From Thermoplasmatales archaeon SW_10_69_26 (GTDB taxonomy: Archaea; Thermoplasmatota; SW-10-69-26), in NCBI GenBank assembly GCA_003009755.1, contig PXUB01000003.1, forward strand, positions 1 through 64,000: 64,000 nt of DNA. The letters run 5' to 3'. Made by a program: the position numbers and the translations under genes. Position 1 is the first letter of the stretch, and each line of letters begins with the position of its first letter. A model generated the notes under the pieces. The model saw nothing but the letters and a program-made list of their open reading frames with translations, searched no databases and had not been told where the DNA came from. Below are positions 9,796 through 19,585 of the stretch, in pieces.

Positions 9796-10190
9796 GCCGG
9801 AGCCTCCAGGTTCGCGAGAACCTCGTCGGCGATGCGATCCATGAAGCTGGGACCCTTGACCACGTAGTCGTCCGCGCCGGCGTCGAAGGCCTCCCGCACG
9901 AGCGCCTCGCGGTCGACCGCCGTGACAAGCAAGATCAACGCCTCGCTGGCCTCCTCGCGGATCCGCTGACAGACGTCGATGCCCTCCCGGTCGGGGAGCC
10001 GGTAGTCCAGCAGGAACACCTCGAAGTCCTCGCTTCGGGCGGCATCGATCGCCTCGGCACCCGTCCGGACGTGGGTCACCTCGAACCCGAGGTCGGCCGG
10101 GAGGCCGTTCTGGGCGAGGAGAGCGTGGTCGACGTTGTCCTCGACGAGGAGAACGCGGATGATCTCGCCAGGATCCTCTGCTTCAACCAC
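9792..10190 (-). CDS. Stand-alone response regulator receiver, overlapping the TrmB gene by GTGA
   Basis: LLVEDN, LLDYRLP and GADDYVVK. Confidence 0.9.
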   Translation of the reverse strand: MVEAEDPGEIIRVLLVEDNVDHALLAQNGLPADLGFEVTHVRTGAEAIDAARSEDFEVFLLDYRLPDREGIDVCQRIREEASEALILLVTAVDREALVREAFDAGADDYVVKGPSFMDRIADEVLANLEAPA

Positions 10191-10255
10191 TTGAGGCCAT
10201 CCTGGGGCTTACGCACCCTTAAGGGTTGGGGCGCCCGCCGAGGCGGGCGATCGCC

Positions 10256-11218
10256 TCACCAGACCGTCTTCTCCTCGAGGTAGTCGTCGATGTCAGCGGT
10301 CGGCTCGCCGTCGTCGTGCCAGTCCTCGACCGCGGGCGCGTTCTCCGGCCCGTACTCGCCCAGCCGGCCCTCGAGGCGCTCGCCGTAGGTGGGGAGGTCG
10401 ATCTTGTAGAAGTTGCCGATCGGGATGCGCTCGCCCCACTCCTGCGAGCGGGTGAACGCCTGAGCCTTCTTCGCGTTGACCTCCTCCTCGTCGGAGGGAT
10501 CCTGCACGTAGGGATCGTAGTCGTCCTCCTCCTCGAGCTTGTAGACCCGCGGCATGCCCGTCGCCGGCACGCTGGACTCGCTGTAGAAGTCCTTGTCGTG
10601 CAGGTCGTTGTACGTCGGGCACGGCTGCAGGACGTCGAGCAGGGCGGCCCCCTTGTGCAAGGTCGCTTCCTTCACCATGCGCTTGAGGTGCTGGACGTCG
10701 AAGGCGTACGAGCGCCCGACCCACGTGTACCCGGCGGCCAGCGCGGTCGCGATCGGGTTCACGTTGTCGTTGATGTTCGGCTCGGGGAGCGACTTCGTCT
10801 GCTCGCCGAGATCCAGCGTCGGCGAGGCCTGGCCCTTGGTGAGGCCGTAGACCTCGTTGTCGAACACGATGTAGGGCATGTCCAGGTTGCGCCGGCCAGC
10901 GTTGACGAAGTGGCCGGCGCCGATGCCGTACCCGTCGCCGTCACCGCCGACCGCGATGACCTCGAGGCCGGGGTTGGCGAGCTTGGCGCCCGTTGCCGTC
11001 GGGAGCACGCGACCGTGCATCGTGTGGACGCCGTAGGCCTTCACGTAGTGCGGCGTCTTCCCGGAGCAACCGATCCCAGAGAACAGGCCCACGTTGTGGG
11101 GCTCGACGTCCAGATCGGCCAGCGCCATCTGGATGCTGTTGAGGATCCCGAAATCCCCGCAACCGGGGCACCAGTCGTTCTCGATCTCGTTCTCCTTGAA
11201 GTCGGTGACGCTAGCCAT
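10256..11218 (-). CDS. korB: 2-oxoacid:ferredoxin oxidoreductase beta subunit
   Basis: WCPGCGDFGIL, SGIGCSG and the TPP motif GGDGDG...NEVYGLTKGQASPT. True start is MASVTDF. Confidence 0.95.
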   Translation of the reverse strand: MASVTDFKENEIENDWCPGCGDFGILNSIQMALADLDVEPHNVGLFSGIGCSGKTPHYVKAYGVHTMHGRVLPTATGAKLANPGLEVIAVGGDGDGYGIGAGHFVNAGRRNLDMPYIVFDNEVYGLTKGQASPTLDLGEQTKSLPEPNINDNVNPIATALAAGYTWVGRSYAFDVQHLKRMVKEATLHKGAALLDVLQPCPTYNDLHDKDFYSESSVPATGMPRVYKLEEEDDYDPYVQDPSDEEEVNAKKAQAFTRSQEWGERIPIGNFYKIDLPTYGERLEGRLGEYGPENAPAVEDWHDDGEPTADIDDYLEEKTVW

Positions 11219-11220
11219 GG

Positions 11221-13152
11221 TCAGATCCCTCCTCGCAGCACGATCCGATCGGGGGCGTCCTTGCGCACGTCGTCGACGATGTCGAGCACCTCGTTCTGCA
11301 TGATGGGGCGACCGTTGTACTTGACTGCTCGGTGATCGAACCCGCGGCCCAGCTGCTCGCGGACGAGGCGAGCCAGCTGGCTGGTGTAGTTGTTCTCGAG
11401 GCTGACAGCGTTGGTCGCCTCGTCGAGCACGTCGTCGATGACGTGGTTCGGGAACGGGGACAGGACACGGATCTGGACGAGATTCACCAGGTCGCCGTCC
11501 TCGTTGGCGACCTCCATCGCGTCGAGCACGGCGCCCTTCGGCGTGCCCCAGGTGACGAAGGTGACCTCCGCGTTCTCGGGACCGACGCGACGGACCATCC
11601 GGTCGTCGGGGATCTCCTCGCGTGCGGTCTCGATCTTCTCCATCCGCTTCTCCATGATCTCCTCGCGCTTGACGACGTCCTCGGTGATGTGACCGATCTC
11701 GGTGTGCTCGTCGCTCGTCAGCCAGTGGATGCCCCCCTCCTGGCCGATGACGCTGCGCGGCGAGATGCCGTCCTCGGTCGTGTCGAAGCGCGGGTGACGG
11801 TCCGCATCGTCCCGCCACTCCGTCTCGGCGAGCTCGTCCTCGTCGAACAGCTTGCCACGATCGATCTCGGCCTCGTCGACGTCGAACGTCTCGACGGTGT
11901 GGTTGTTGCCGGCCAGGTCCTTGTCCGGCAACATCAAGACCGGCGTCTGGTAGCGCTCGGCCAGGTTGAAGGCGTCGATCGTGTCGTGGAACATCTCGTC
12001 GAGGTCGCCCGGCGCCAGGACCAGGCGCGGGTACTCGCCGTTGCCCAAGGACAGGGCGAACTGGAGGTCGCCTTGCTCGGTCCGGGTGGGCATGCCGGTG
12101 CTGGGGCCGCCGCGCTGGTAGTCGACCAGGACGAGCGGGACCTCGCACAGCCCGGCGAAGCCCAGGCCCTCGACCATGAGGTTGACCCCGGGCCCGCTGG
12201 TGCTCGTGGCGGCGCGGGCGCCCGTCAGGGCGGCACCGATCGCCATGTCGACGGCCGAGAGCTCGTCCTCGGTCTGGACGACGACCACGTCGCTGCCCGG
12301 CTTGGACTCGAGGTAGACCGACTCGTCGGTGGCCGGGCTGATCGGGTAGTAGGTCTGCATGCGGCAACCGGCGACCATCTTCCCGAGCGCGACCGCGTCG
12401 GTGCCCTGCATGAACAGGCGCTCCTCGTCGGGCTCGGCGGGCGCGATCGTGTGCTCGAAGGGCTCGTAGTTGTCCCGCATGTACTGGGCCGAGTGCTCGG
12501 CCGCGACCTTGTTCATCTCGACGATGCGGTCGCTCTTGTCGCCGAAGATCGCGTCGATCGTCTCGTTGAGGTGCTCGAGCCCGAACTCGATCATCGCGAT
12601 CGAGGCGGCGGTCGCCATCGTGTTCTTGAGGATCTGCAGCCGGTTGTGATCGTCCATGCCGAGCTCGTCGGCGATGTCCTTCTGCAGCTCCTCGTACGGG
12701 AACGCGAACAGGCGGACGCCGTCCGCGGCCGCGTCATCCAGCAGCTGCTGGATGGTGATCTCGTCGGCCGGTTGGCCGTACTCCTCGGCGATGTCCGCCT
12801 TGACCCGGTGGTCCATGAACCGGATGTCGGCGATCGTCTCGTCGGTGTGCGAGGGATCGTAGAGAACCCCGCCACCGCCGACGAGAGCCCGGTGATCCTG
12901 GACGTGTCGGGCGAGCGTCTCGCTCTCGTACGTGGCCAGGAAGTGGACCCTGTCCACAGGGCTGTGGATCTCGTCCTCCGACATCCGGATCTTCGTGTAG
13001 GAGTGCTTGCCCTTGATGTTCGAGTAGTACTCGCGCTGGCCCCAGACGTTCAGTCCACCTCGGGAGACCGTCTGCGCGAACAACTGCGCCGCAGAATCGA
13101 CGCCTGAGCCCTGGGGTCCACCGACCATCCAAACGAGTCCATCTTCGGCCAT
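11221..13152 (-). CDS. korA: 2-oxoacid:ferredoxin oxidoreductase alpha subunit
   Basis: GGPQGSGV, YPISPAT, EDELSA, TSTSGPG and QRGGPSTGMPT. Confidence 0.95.
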   Translation of the reverse strand: MAEDGLVWMVGGPQGSGVDSAAQLFAQTVSRGGLNVWGQREYYSNIKGKHSYTKIRMSEDEIHSPVDRVHFLATYESETLARHVQDHRALVGGGGVLYDPSHTDETIADIRFMDHRVKADIAEEYGQPADEITIQQLLDDAAADGVRLFAFPYEELQKDIADELGMDDHNRLQILKNTMATAASIAMIEFGLEHLNETIDAIFGDKSDRIVEMNKVAAEHSAQYMRDNYEPFEHTIAPAEPDEERLFMQGTDAVALGKMVAGCRMQTYYPISPATDESVYLESKPGSDVVVVQTEDELSAVDMAIGAALTGARAATSTSGPGVNLMVEGLGFAGLCEVPLVLVDYQRGGPSTGMPTRTEQGDLQFALSLGNGEYPRLVLAPGDLDEMFHDTIDAFNLAERYQTPVLMLPDKDLAGNNHTVETFDVDEAEIDRGKLFDEDELAETEWRDDADRHPRFDTTEDGISPRSVIGQEGGIHWLTSDEHTEIGHITEDVVKREEIMEKRMEKIETAREEIPDDRMVRRVGPENAEVTFVTWGTPKGAVLDAMEVANEDGDLVNLVQIRVLSPFPNHVIDDVLDEATNAVSLENNYTSQLARLVREQLGRGFDHRAVKYNGRPIMQNEVLDIVDDVRKDAPDRIVLRGGI

Positions 13153-13366
13153 GTCCGCACCTTCTGGGAGCTCTCAACGGAAGGAGACTTCCAGCGTTCC
13201 GGGGGTAGGATACCTTCTTCATTAAAAGCTTCTCCAGGCGTTGGCTCTGGTCCTCAGTGGGGGCCTGGCCCTCGATCGCGGACGCATCGAACCGTCCTTG
13301 TTCGCGGTTCCAAGCCTTCGCCGGCCAAGGGTTGGCTTTAGGAGCCCCTCATCCTTCGGCCGCCGG

Positions 13367-14146
13367 ATGGTCCTCGGCGTCACCGCGACCCAACTCGTCC
13401 TCACCGTCCTCGCCGGCGTCGCCGCCGGCGTGATCAGCGGCCTGTTCGGGCTCGGCGGCGGCGTCGTGGCCGTGCCCGCAGCGCTGTGGATCTCCGCCTC
13501 CTCGTTCCACGAAGCCAAGGCCGCCTCGCTGATGGTCATCGTGTTCGGATCCACCATCGCGCTCGCGCGCCACCACCGCGCCGGCAACGTCCGCTGGCAG
13601 CGCGGGCTGCGGCTGGCTGGCGGCGGCGTCGCCGGCTCGATCCTGTCCTCCCTGATCGCTCAGGACGTCGCCGGCACCGTGCTGGGCCAAGCCTTCGGCG
13701 TGCTCGTGATCCTCGTCGGCCTGCGCATGGCCCTGGCCGCCCGCCCCGAGGAGGGCCGGGTCTGCTTCCCCGGCGCCGTGTTCGCGCTGGGCTTCTTCGC
13801 CGGCACCCTGACCGGCTTCCTCGGCGTCGGCGGTGGCGTCGTCATGACGCCCGGCCTGGCCCTGTTCGGCTTCCCGATGCACGCCGCCGTCGCCACCAGC
13901 CTCGTCGGCGTCATCGGCAACGGCTTCTTCGCCGCCGTCACCCAAGCCTTCCTCGGCATGGGCGAAGCCATGCTCACCGTCGGCGTTCCCCTGGCGGTCG
14001 GCGCCATGCTCGGCGGCCGCGCCGGCGCCAAGCTCGCCCTCGTCACGCCCGCCGACAAGCTCCGACGGGCCTTCGGTGTCTTCCTGGCGCTGGTCGGGTT
14101 GCGTTTCCTCGGCGTCTGGGAGGCCGTCGTCGGACGCTTCCGGTGA
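13367..14146 (+). CDS. TauE/SafE-family membrane protein (sulfite exporter family)
   Basis: Duplicated GLFGLGGG and GFLGVGGG motifs, with about 8 hydrophobic segments. Confidence 0.85.
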   Translation: MVLGVTATQLVLTVLAGVAAGVISGLFGLGGGVVAVPAALWISASSFHEAKAASLMVIVFGSTIALARHHRAGNVRWQRGLRLAGGGVAGSILSSLIAQDVAGTVLGQAFGVLVILVGLRMALAARPEEGRVCFPGAVFALGFFAGTLTGFLGVGGGVVMTPGLALFGFPMHAAVATSLVGVIGNGFFAAVTQAFLGMGEAMLTVGVPLAVGAMLGGRAGAKLALVTPADKLRRAFGVFLALVGLRFLGVWEAVVGRFR

Positions 14147-14399
14147 ACGCCGTCGCTGGCCGGCCGGTGTCGCTCATGGGTGCCCTCCTTGCCCGCCTCC
14201 GCCACCGCCCGGCCGACCGCACCCGCCGCTGAGGCTCTGGCGGCGTTCGTCCGCCGTCGGCGCGGACGGTCCCTCGGTGCGGCGAGCGCTCGGGCCGGGG
14301 CTGGTCGTGCTTCGCGGGGCGGGTTCGTCAGCGTTGTCCGGCAACGGCGTGGGGGTTGGGCCCCCGACATTGAAAGCGACCCATGGTTGTGCAGCGCCG

Positions 14400-15572
14400 A
14401 TGCCGCGCCCCGCGCCGGACCCGGGCACGCCGATCGACGAGCTCGCGACACCCCGCCTGCTGCTCGATCGCCAGCGTCTGCAGGCCAACTGCGAGCGCAT
14501 GCAGACCCGCGCCGACGAGCTTGACGTCGCGCTGCGGCCCCACATCAAGACGGCCAAGACCGTGCCCGTCGCCGAGCGAGCCAGCCCGGCCGAGCACGGC
14601 CCGCTGACCGTGTCCACGCTCGCCGAAGCCGAGCACTTCCACGAGGCCGGCTTCACCGATCTCACGTACGCGGTCGCGCCCACCGCCGCCAAGGTCGACC
14701 GATGCGCCGACCTGATCGCAGGCGGCGCCGAGCTCACGCTGATCGCCGACGATCCCACCACCCTGCGCGCCATCGAGGCGGCCGGGCGCGATCTCGAGGA
14801 GCCGATCGGGGTCCTGATCGAGATCGACTGCGATGGCACCCGCGGCGGCGTCGACCCCGAGGAACCGTTCCTCACGTACCTCGCCGAGATGTTCGCCGAG
14901 GCCAGCGGGGTCGAGCTCGCGGGCGTGCTCACCCACGCCGGCAGCGCCTACGACGCCCGCGGCGACGACGAGCTCCGCGAAGCCGCGGAGACCGAGCGCG
15001 AGGCCGTCGTGCAGGCCGCCGGGCGCCTGCGCGAACGAGGCCACGAGGTCCCCACCGTCAGCGTCGGCTCCACGCCGACCGCGCTCTCGGCCGAGGACCT
15101 GACCGGCGTCACCGAGATGCGGCCCGGCAACTACGTCTTCTTCGACCTCTACCAGGTGGGTCTCGGCGTCTGCGATGTCGACGATGTCGCCGTCACCGTG
15201 CTGGCTGAGGTCATCGGCCACCGCGACAGCGACGGCGCCGGGATCGTCGACGCCGGATCGCTGGCTCTCAGCGAGGACCGTTCCACCGCCGCCCACGATG
15301 ACGAGCGTGACAAGGCCTACGGCCTCGTCGCCGGCCTCGACGGCCAGCCGATGACGACCGAAGAGGAAGGGGAGGAGGTGCTCGTCGCCGAGACCAGCCA
15401 GGAGCACGGTCTCCTGCTCACCCGGGGAGGCCAGGCCCCGCAGCTGCGCGTCGGGGACAAGGTCCGCATCTACCCGAACCACAGCTGCATCACGGCCGCC
15501 TGCCACGACGCGTACACCGTCCTCGACGACGGCGAGGTCGTCGACCGGTGGGCGCGCGTCGACGGGTGGTAG
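14400..15572 (+). CDS. PLP-dependent D-serine dehydratase / D-threonine aldolase family enzyme
   Basis: LRPHIKTAK, LTHAG, SVGSTPT, EMRPGNYVFFD, SQEHG and PNHSC. Confidence 0.88.
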   Translation: MPRPAPDPGTPIDELATPRLLLDRQRLQANCERMQTRADELDVALRPHIKTAKTVPVAERASPAEHGPLTVSTLAEAEHFHEAGFTDLTYAVAPTAAKVDRCADLIAGGAELTLIADDPTTLRAIEAAGRDLEEPIGVLIEIDCDGTRGGVDPEEPFLTYLAEMFAEASGVELAGVLTHAGSAYDARGDDELREAAETEREAVVQAAGRLRERGHEVPTVSVGSTPTALSAEDLTGVTEMRPGNYVFFDLYQVGLGVCDVDDVAVTVLAEVIGHRDSDGAGIVDAGSLALSEDRSTAAHDDERDKAYGLVAGLDGQPMTTEEEGEEVLVAETSQEHGLLLTRGGQAPQLRVGDKVRIYPNHSCITAACHDAYTVLDDGEVVDRWARVDGW

Positions 15573-15674
15573 GCGGGATCCCAGCGACGCTGCTTCTCTC
15601 TGGTCGTCGGGGAGAACAGACGAGAGCCGCAGCGGGGGCAACGCCCGCTGGGGAACCAGGCCCGTCAGCGCCGG

Positions 15675-16514
15675 TCAGCCGCGGCGCACGCGCATGGCGC
15701 CGACGGCGCCCACGCTACCGATGGCCGCCATCGCGACCAGCGCAGGGTTGCTGAAGAACGGGATCGCCGTCACCTCGGCGGTGGGGCAGTCCTCGGCATC
15801 GCCGGCCTCGTTGGCCGCGGTCACCTCGTAGGTGTACGTGGTCTCGGCCTCGGTCTCCGTGTCCGTGTAGCTGGTATCGTTGACCTGGGCGGCGTGGGTC
15901 ACCTCGCCGTCCGCCTGAGCACGGTAGACGTGGTACGTGCTCGCGTTGGCGGAGGCATCCCAGTCGAGGCGGATGTCCTCGGTCTGCATGGCGTGGGCCT
16001 CGAGGTTCGCTGGGCAGGCGGGGGGCTGGGTCTGCGTCTGGTCGCCATCGCCCGAGCCGTCGCACGTCTTGTAGTTCACGTCATGGTTGGGCGGCCCGTG
16101 GTCTCCTCCCTCGGCCCTGAGATGGACGAAGAGGAGGTAATCGTCGGACTCTTCGAGCGTGAACGGTCCGGCGTCGAAATCGTAGGTGCCGTTCTCGTTC
16201 TCCGTCCCGTTGAACGTGCCCACCGTCGTCACCTCGACGCTGGGCCCCGACCCGCTGGTGGCGTTGATCCACCCGCTCTGGTGGGAGAGGTTGTGGCCCT
16301 TCACCCAGAACTCGCATGTCAGCTCGACAGGATCAGGCTCCGTTGCTGTCGATGTCTGGGGCTCCCCATCTTCGCTATCGTGGAGCGTGACCTCCCCGTG
16401 GTCCTCGGAGGACACGTGCGCGGCCGCGCCGCCAGCCACGGCGCCGAACGCCATGAGGCCGATCAGGGCGAAGCCGATGCCGCGACGCTGTTCGTTGTGG
16501 GTTCGATCGAACAT
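15675..16514 (-). CDS. Secreted surface protein with an FN3 domain and a C-terminal sorting/anchor signal
   Basis: Signal peptide, FN3 motifs (LDWDAS..YHVYR, YTYEVTA), and a C-terminus IPFF + hydrophobic helix + RVRR. Confidence 0.8.
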   Translation of the reverse strand: MFDRTHNEQRRGIGFALIGLMAFGAVAGGAAAHVSSEDHGEVTLHDSEDGEPQTSTATEPDPVELTCEFWVKGHNLSHQSGWINATSGSGPSVEVTTVGTFNGTENENGTYDFDAGPFTLEESDDYLLFVHLRAEGGDHGPPNHDVNYKTCDGSGDGDQTQTQPPACPANLEAHAMQTEDIRLDWDASANASTYHVYRAQADGEVTHAAQVNDTSYTDTETEAETTYTYEVTAANEAGDAEDCPTAEVTAIPFFSNPALVAMAAIGSVGAVGAMRVRRG

Positions 16515-16528
16515 GGTCGTCACCTGCG

Positions 16529-16771
16529 TCACCCCGTCCCCCGCCAGGCGAGATAAGGGTGCTGAGGGACAGAGGCGAGGCATCGGCTACCGATATGCGG
16601 CGCCCCACCAACCCCTGCCACGCTCGCGACCACCTCTCGCACGGCCCGCTTCAGCCACCCGGTGTCGGTACGGTTCCCGGCGTCGTTCTCGGCCAGCTCG
16701 TCCATCTTCTCGTGCAGCTCGTCGATGCGCTCCTCGATCCGCTCGAGTCGGACCTCGTGCTTGCCGTTCAC
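16529..16771 (-). CDS. Small coiled-coil protein, possibly a viral relic
   Basis: GTG start after GGAGGGG, overlapping an upstream stop. Reads VRLERIEERIDELHEKMDEL...WLKR then a weak hydrophobic stretch. Confidence 0.35.
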   Translation of the reverse strand: MNGKHEVRLERIEERIDELHEKMDELAENDAGNRTDTGWLKRAVREVVASVAGVGGAPHIGSRCLASVPQHPYLAWRGTG

Positions 16772-17042
16772 CCGTCCCCCTCCAGCAGCTCGAACCCGGA
16801 CTCGTCGGTCCGCTCGGCTTGGACGTAGCCGAAGTCGCACCCCTGTTCGAGCCTTTGGCGCTGAGGGCAGCTCTCGCCGGTCGTCCTCGCGAGCCGATCC
16901 GGGCCGTCGAGACCCTCTACCGACACAGGCCGAGAAGCACGTTTCGGTGGATGGGTGGTCTCCCCGGGATGGCGGAGGTGGCCCGCAAGCGCCTGCGGGC
17001 ATCGTTGCCGGAGACGCTCTGTCTGGATCACAAGGGGCGCCC

Positions 17043-17300
17043 TCACCCCCTCTGGATCAGCCCCAGCTTCTCGTCCCGCGTCATCGCCTTGATCTCGGCC
17101 TCGCGGCTCATCGCCGCCGACCGCGTCTCGAAGGTCTCCTCGTGCACGAGCTCGACCGGCGTCCGGCCGCGCGTGTACTTCGCCGCCACGCCCTCATCGT
17201 GCTCTCGGACGCGGCGGTCGACGTCGGTCGTGTACCCGGTGTAGAGGGTGTCGTCGCTGCAGCGAAGCACGTAGACGTGGTGGGGCAACGGATCGAGCAC
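17043..17300 (-). CDS. GIY-YIG nuclease family protein (UPF0213-like)
   Basis: VYVLRCSDDTLYTGYTTDVDRRVREH...AKYTRGR...AMSREAEIK. The start is uncertain. Confidence 0.9.
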   Translation of the reverse strand: MLDPLPHHVYVLRCSDDTLYTGYTTDVDRRVREHDEGVAAKYTRGRTPVELVHEETFETRSAAMSREAEIKAMTRDEKLGLIQRG

Positions 17301-17597
17301 CCGGTCGCCGACCTCGAAGCTTGCGGTTCCCCCCGCCGGCTCGCCTGCTCGTGTAGGGGTCGGCAACCTCGCCGTTGACCAGGTCCTTGGGGCCGAGGAC
17401 CGCTCGAGGCAACGCCGCTTGGGAGGCCCCAACCCTGCATCGTTGCCCTGCTTGGTGGATCTTCGGCGACGCAGGAGGTCGGACCCTACGAGGCTCGGGC
17501 GAGCCTCGCCGCCGCCCACTGCTCGGTCGACGATGACGGGACGCGGACCCCCGCGTCTTCTCCGTTCCTGCTGTCTTCTCCTCCTGTCCGTTCTCGG

Positions 17598-18689
17598 TCA
17601 GCGTCGGGGGGTCGCCGGCAGGGGGCTAGGCTCGTCGATCAGGACGTTGACGCTCGTCGGCCAGACGCCGCCGTGGTCGAGCTGGGTGACCGTCACGGTC
17701 CGATTGCCTGTCAGAAGGTCCAGGTCCTCGGGCGCGATCTCGGCCCGGTAGGCGGGGATCTCGGCGACGCCCGTGTGGACGCCGGCTCGGTCGAGGGCCT
17801 TGTGGCCGCTCCACCAGGCGTGCTGGTTGAACGCCTCGGCCACCTGGCCGCCGTCGAGCCCGAGCAGCGCGTACACGTAGGGCACCGCCTCGAGGTAGCC
17901 GACGGGCTCGTCGTCGATGGTCACCTCGAACGTGGGCGGCGTCGGCTGCCGGACCCCGTTCAGGTACCAGAACTCGCCGTCGCCGTGGCCGCTGGTGAAC
18001 ACCTCCAGGATCGCCGACCGGGGAGCAGCGTCGCCGAAGGACACCTCGCCGGATACCGCGTCACCGGCGCCCTTGATCCGATCGAGGTAGAACGGGCTCT
18101 CGATCGCGTCCACCCGCGTCTGATCCGACGTCGACGGGGTGGGGTCCTCGAGGAAGTGGAACTGGACGTCGGTGACGATCCCCTGGCCGGGGACCCAGGT
18201 ATCTATGTACCAGGTCACGTCCACCGTCGTGCCGGGCTCGAACAGCGGGTCCAGCTCGGTCAGGTCCTCGTAGACGGTGAAGTTGCCCCGCGTGGTCGTG
18301 CCGTGCAGGACCTCGGCGCCCTCGACACCGACGCTGAACGTCCGATCCCACGGGTCACCATCGGGGTGGTTGGGCCAGGACGAGTACTCGATGTACACCC
18401 GATCGAAGTCCTCCTCGGGCACGTCCATCGAGGCCTGCCAGGTGCCCGCCGTGAACTCTCGCAGCTCGGTGTCGACCGGGTTCCGCGTGGCCACGTGCGT
18501 CGGAGCCTCCTGCCGGGTGGTCACGTCACCGGGTGGCACGTCCGGGCCTTGGTCCGGGACCAGCATCGGCTCCTCGGTCGGATCCTCCATGATGTTGGCG
18601 GACTGACCGAGACCGACCCCGGCCAGCGCGACGATCGCGACGATGACGACGCCCAGCAGCTCCGTGCGCACTTTCGCAGGCCTCCCCAC
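17598..18689 (-). CDS. Secreted protein resembling peptide-N-glycosidase (PNGase A/F-like)
   Basis: Signal peptide, DPWDRTFSV, and EVFTSGHGDGEFWY. Confidence 0.55.
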   Translation of the reverse strand: MGRPAKVRTELLGVVIVAIVALAGVGLGQSANIMEDPTEEPMLVPDQGPDVPPGDVTTRQEAPTHVATRNPVDTELREFTAGTWQASMDVPEEDFDRVYIEYSSWPNHPDGDPWDRTFSVGVEGAEVLHGTTTRGNFTVYEDLTELDPLFEPGTTVDVTWYIDTWVPGQGIVTDVQFHFLEDPTPSTSDQTRVDAIESPFYLDRIKGAGDAVSGEVSFGDAAPRSAILEVFTSGHGDGEFWYLNGVRQPTPPTFEVTIDDEPVGYLEAVPYVYALLGLDGGQVAEAFNQHAWWSGHKALDRAGVHTGVAEIPAYRAEIAPEDLDLLTGNRTVTVTQLDHGGVWPTSVNVLIDEPSPLPATPRR

Positions 18690-18801
18690 CTCTAGTGGGC
18701 TGGGGTCTTTTCAGGTTGCCGGCCAGCGGCGACGGTGGCTCGGCTGCCGGCAGGAGGGTCGGCCCTGCGGCTCGCCCCGCCATCGGTCCGGGGTTCGCGG
18801 T

Positions 18802-19401
18802 TCACCGCTCACCGGGCGGCGTGGTGCCCTCGGGGCAAGTGATCGAGGGGTTGGTGGGCTCGAAGTCGGGCGTGGAGCGCACGTCCTCGGCCAGGTAGAC
18901 GTGGAAGTCCACGTGCCAGGGCATCTCGGGCGTGTGGCCCGGCATCGGGCCCTCCATCTCGGCGCCCATGAAGTCGGGCTTGGTGTCGGTCGAGTTCATG
19001 TCGGTGCCCTCGGTGAAGACGATGTACTCGATGCCGACGAACCGGTTCGCGTCCGGGTCCGTGAAGTTCTCGTTCTCGGGTTCGAAGAGGATGGCCTCGG
19101 GTTCGTCCTCCGAGAGCTCGGCGTCGAGGGAGGAGCCCTCTTGCCCGGGTTGGTGCAGCCAGTGCACGCCCATGCCGGGGACGCAGAACCGGTCGGGCTC
19201 GTAGCCGGCCTCGCGAGCCTCCTCGACGGTGTCGATGCCCGAGGAGACCTCCTCGGCGTGGTCCATGATCTCGGCGTGGCGCTCCTCGCTGGAGAGCTCG
19301 GCCTCCTGGTCGGCCTGCTGCGTGCACCCTGCAAGCAGGATGGCGAGACCGATCGCGAGCACCATGCCCCAGCGCGTGCGAAACGTCGTGTTCTCCGACA
19401 T
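18802..19401 (-). CDS. Lipoprotein of unknown function (GMGxHW...HVY family)
   Basis: Lipobox LLAGC, CVPGMGVHW, GIEY and WHVDFHVYL. Confidence 0.75.
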   Translation of the reverse strand: MSENTTFRTRWGMVLAIGLAILLAGCTQQADQEAELSSEERHAEIMDHAEEVSSGIDTVEEAREAGYEPDRFCVPGMGVHWLHQPGQEGSSLDAELSEDEPEAILFEPENENFTDPDANRFVGIEYIVFTEGTDMNSTDTKPDFMGAEMEGPMPGHTPEMPWHVDFHVYLAEDVRSTPDFEPTNPSITCPEGTTPPGER

Positions 19402-19585
19402 GTCCGACCCTCGTCGACCGAACCCCGTTCGGGGGATCGCGTCGACGCGGCGACGGGACGCCACGGTCAAGAGGGTTCCCTGTACGAGATTACAGCGGGA
19501 GGACGGCGCCCGGCCGGGGACGTCGACGGACCCTCCTAGGAAGGTTGCCCGAACCCTTAGGGGCGATCTCGGTCCTTCCAGGCTT

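Noticed and set aside
17043-17300. Homing endonuclease or mobile intron
   Set aside because: It is a short stand-alone UPF0213-type GIY-YIG protein with no intron or intein context.
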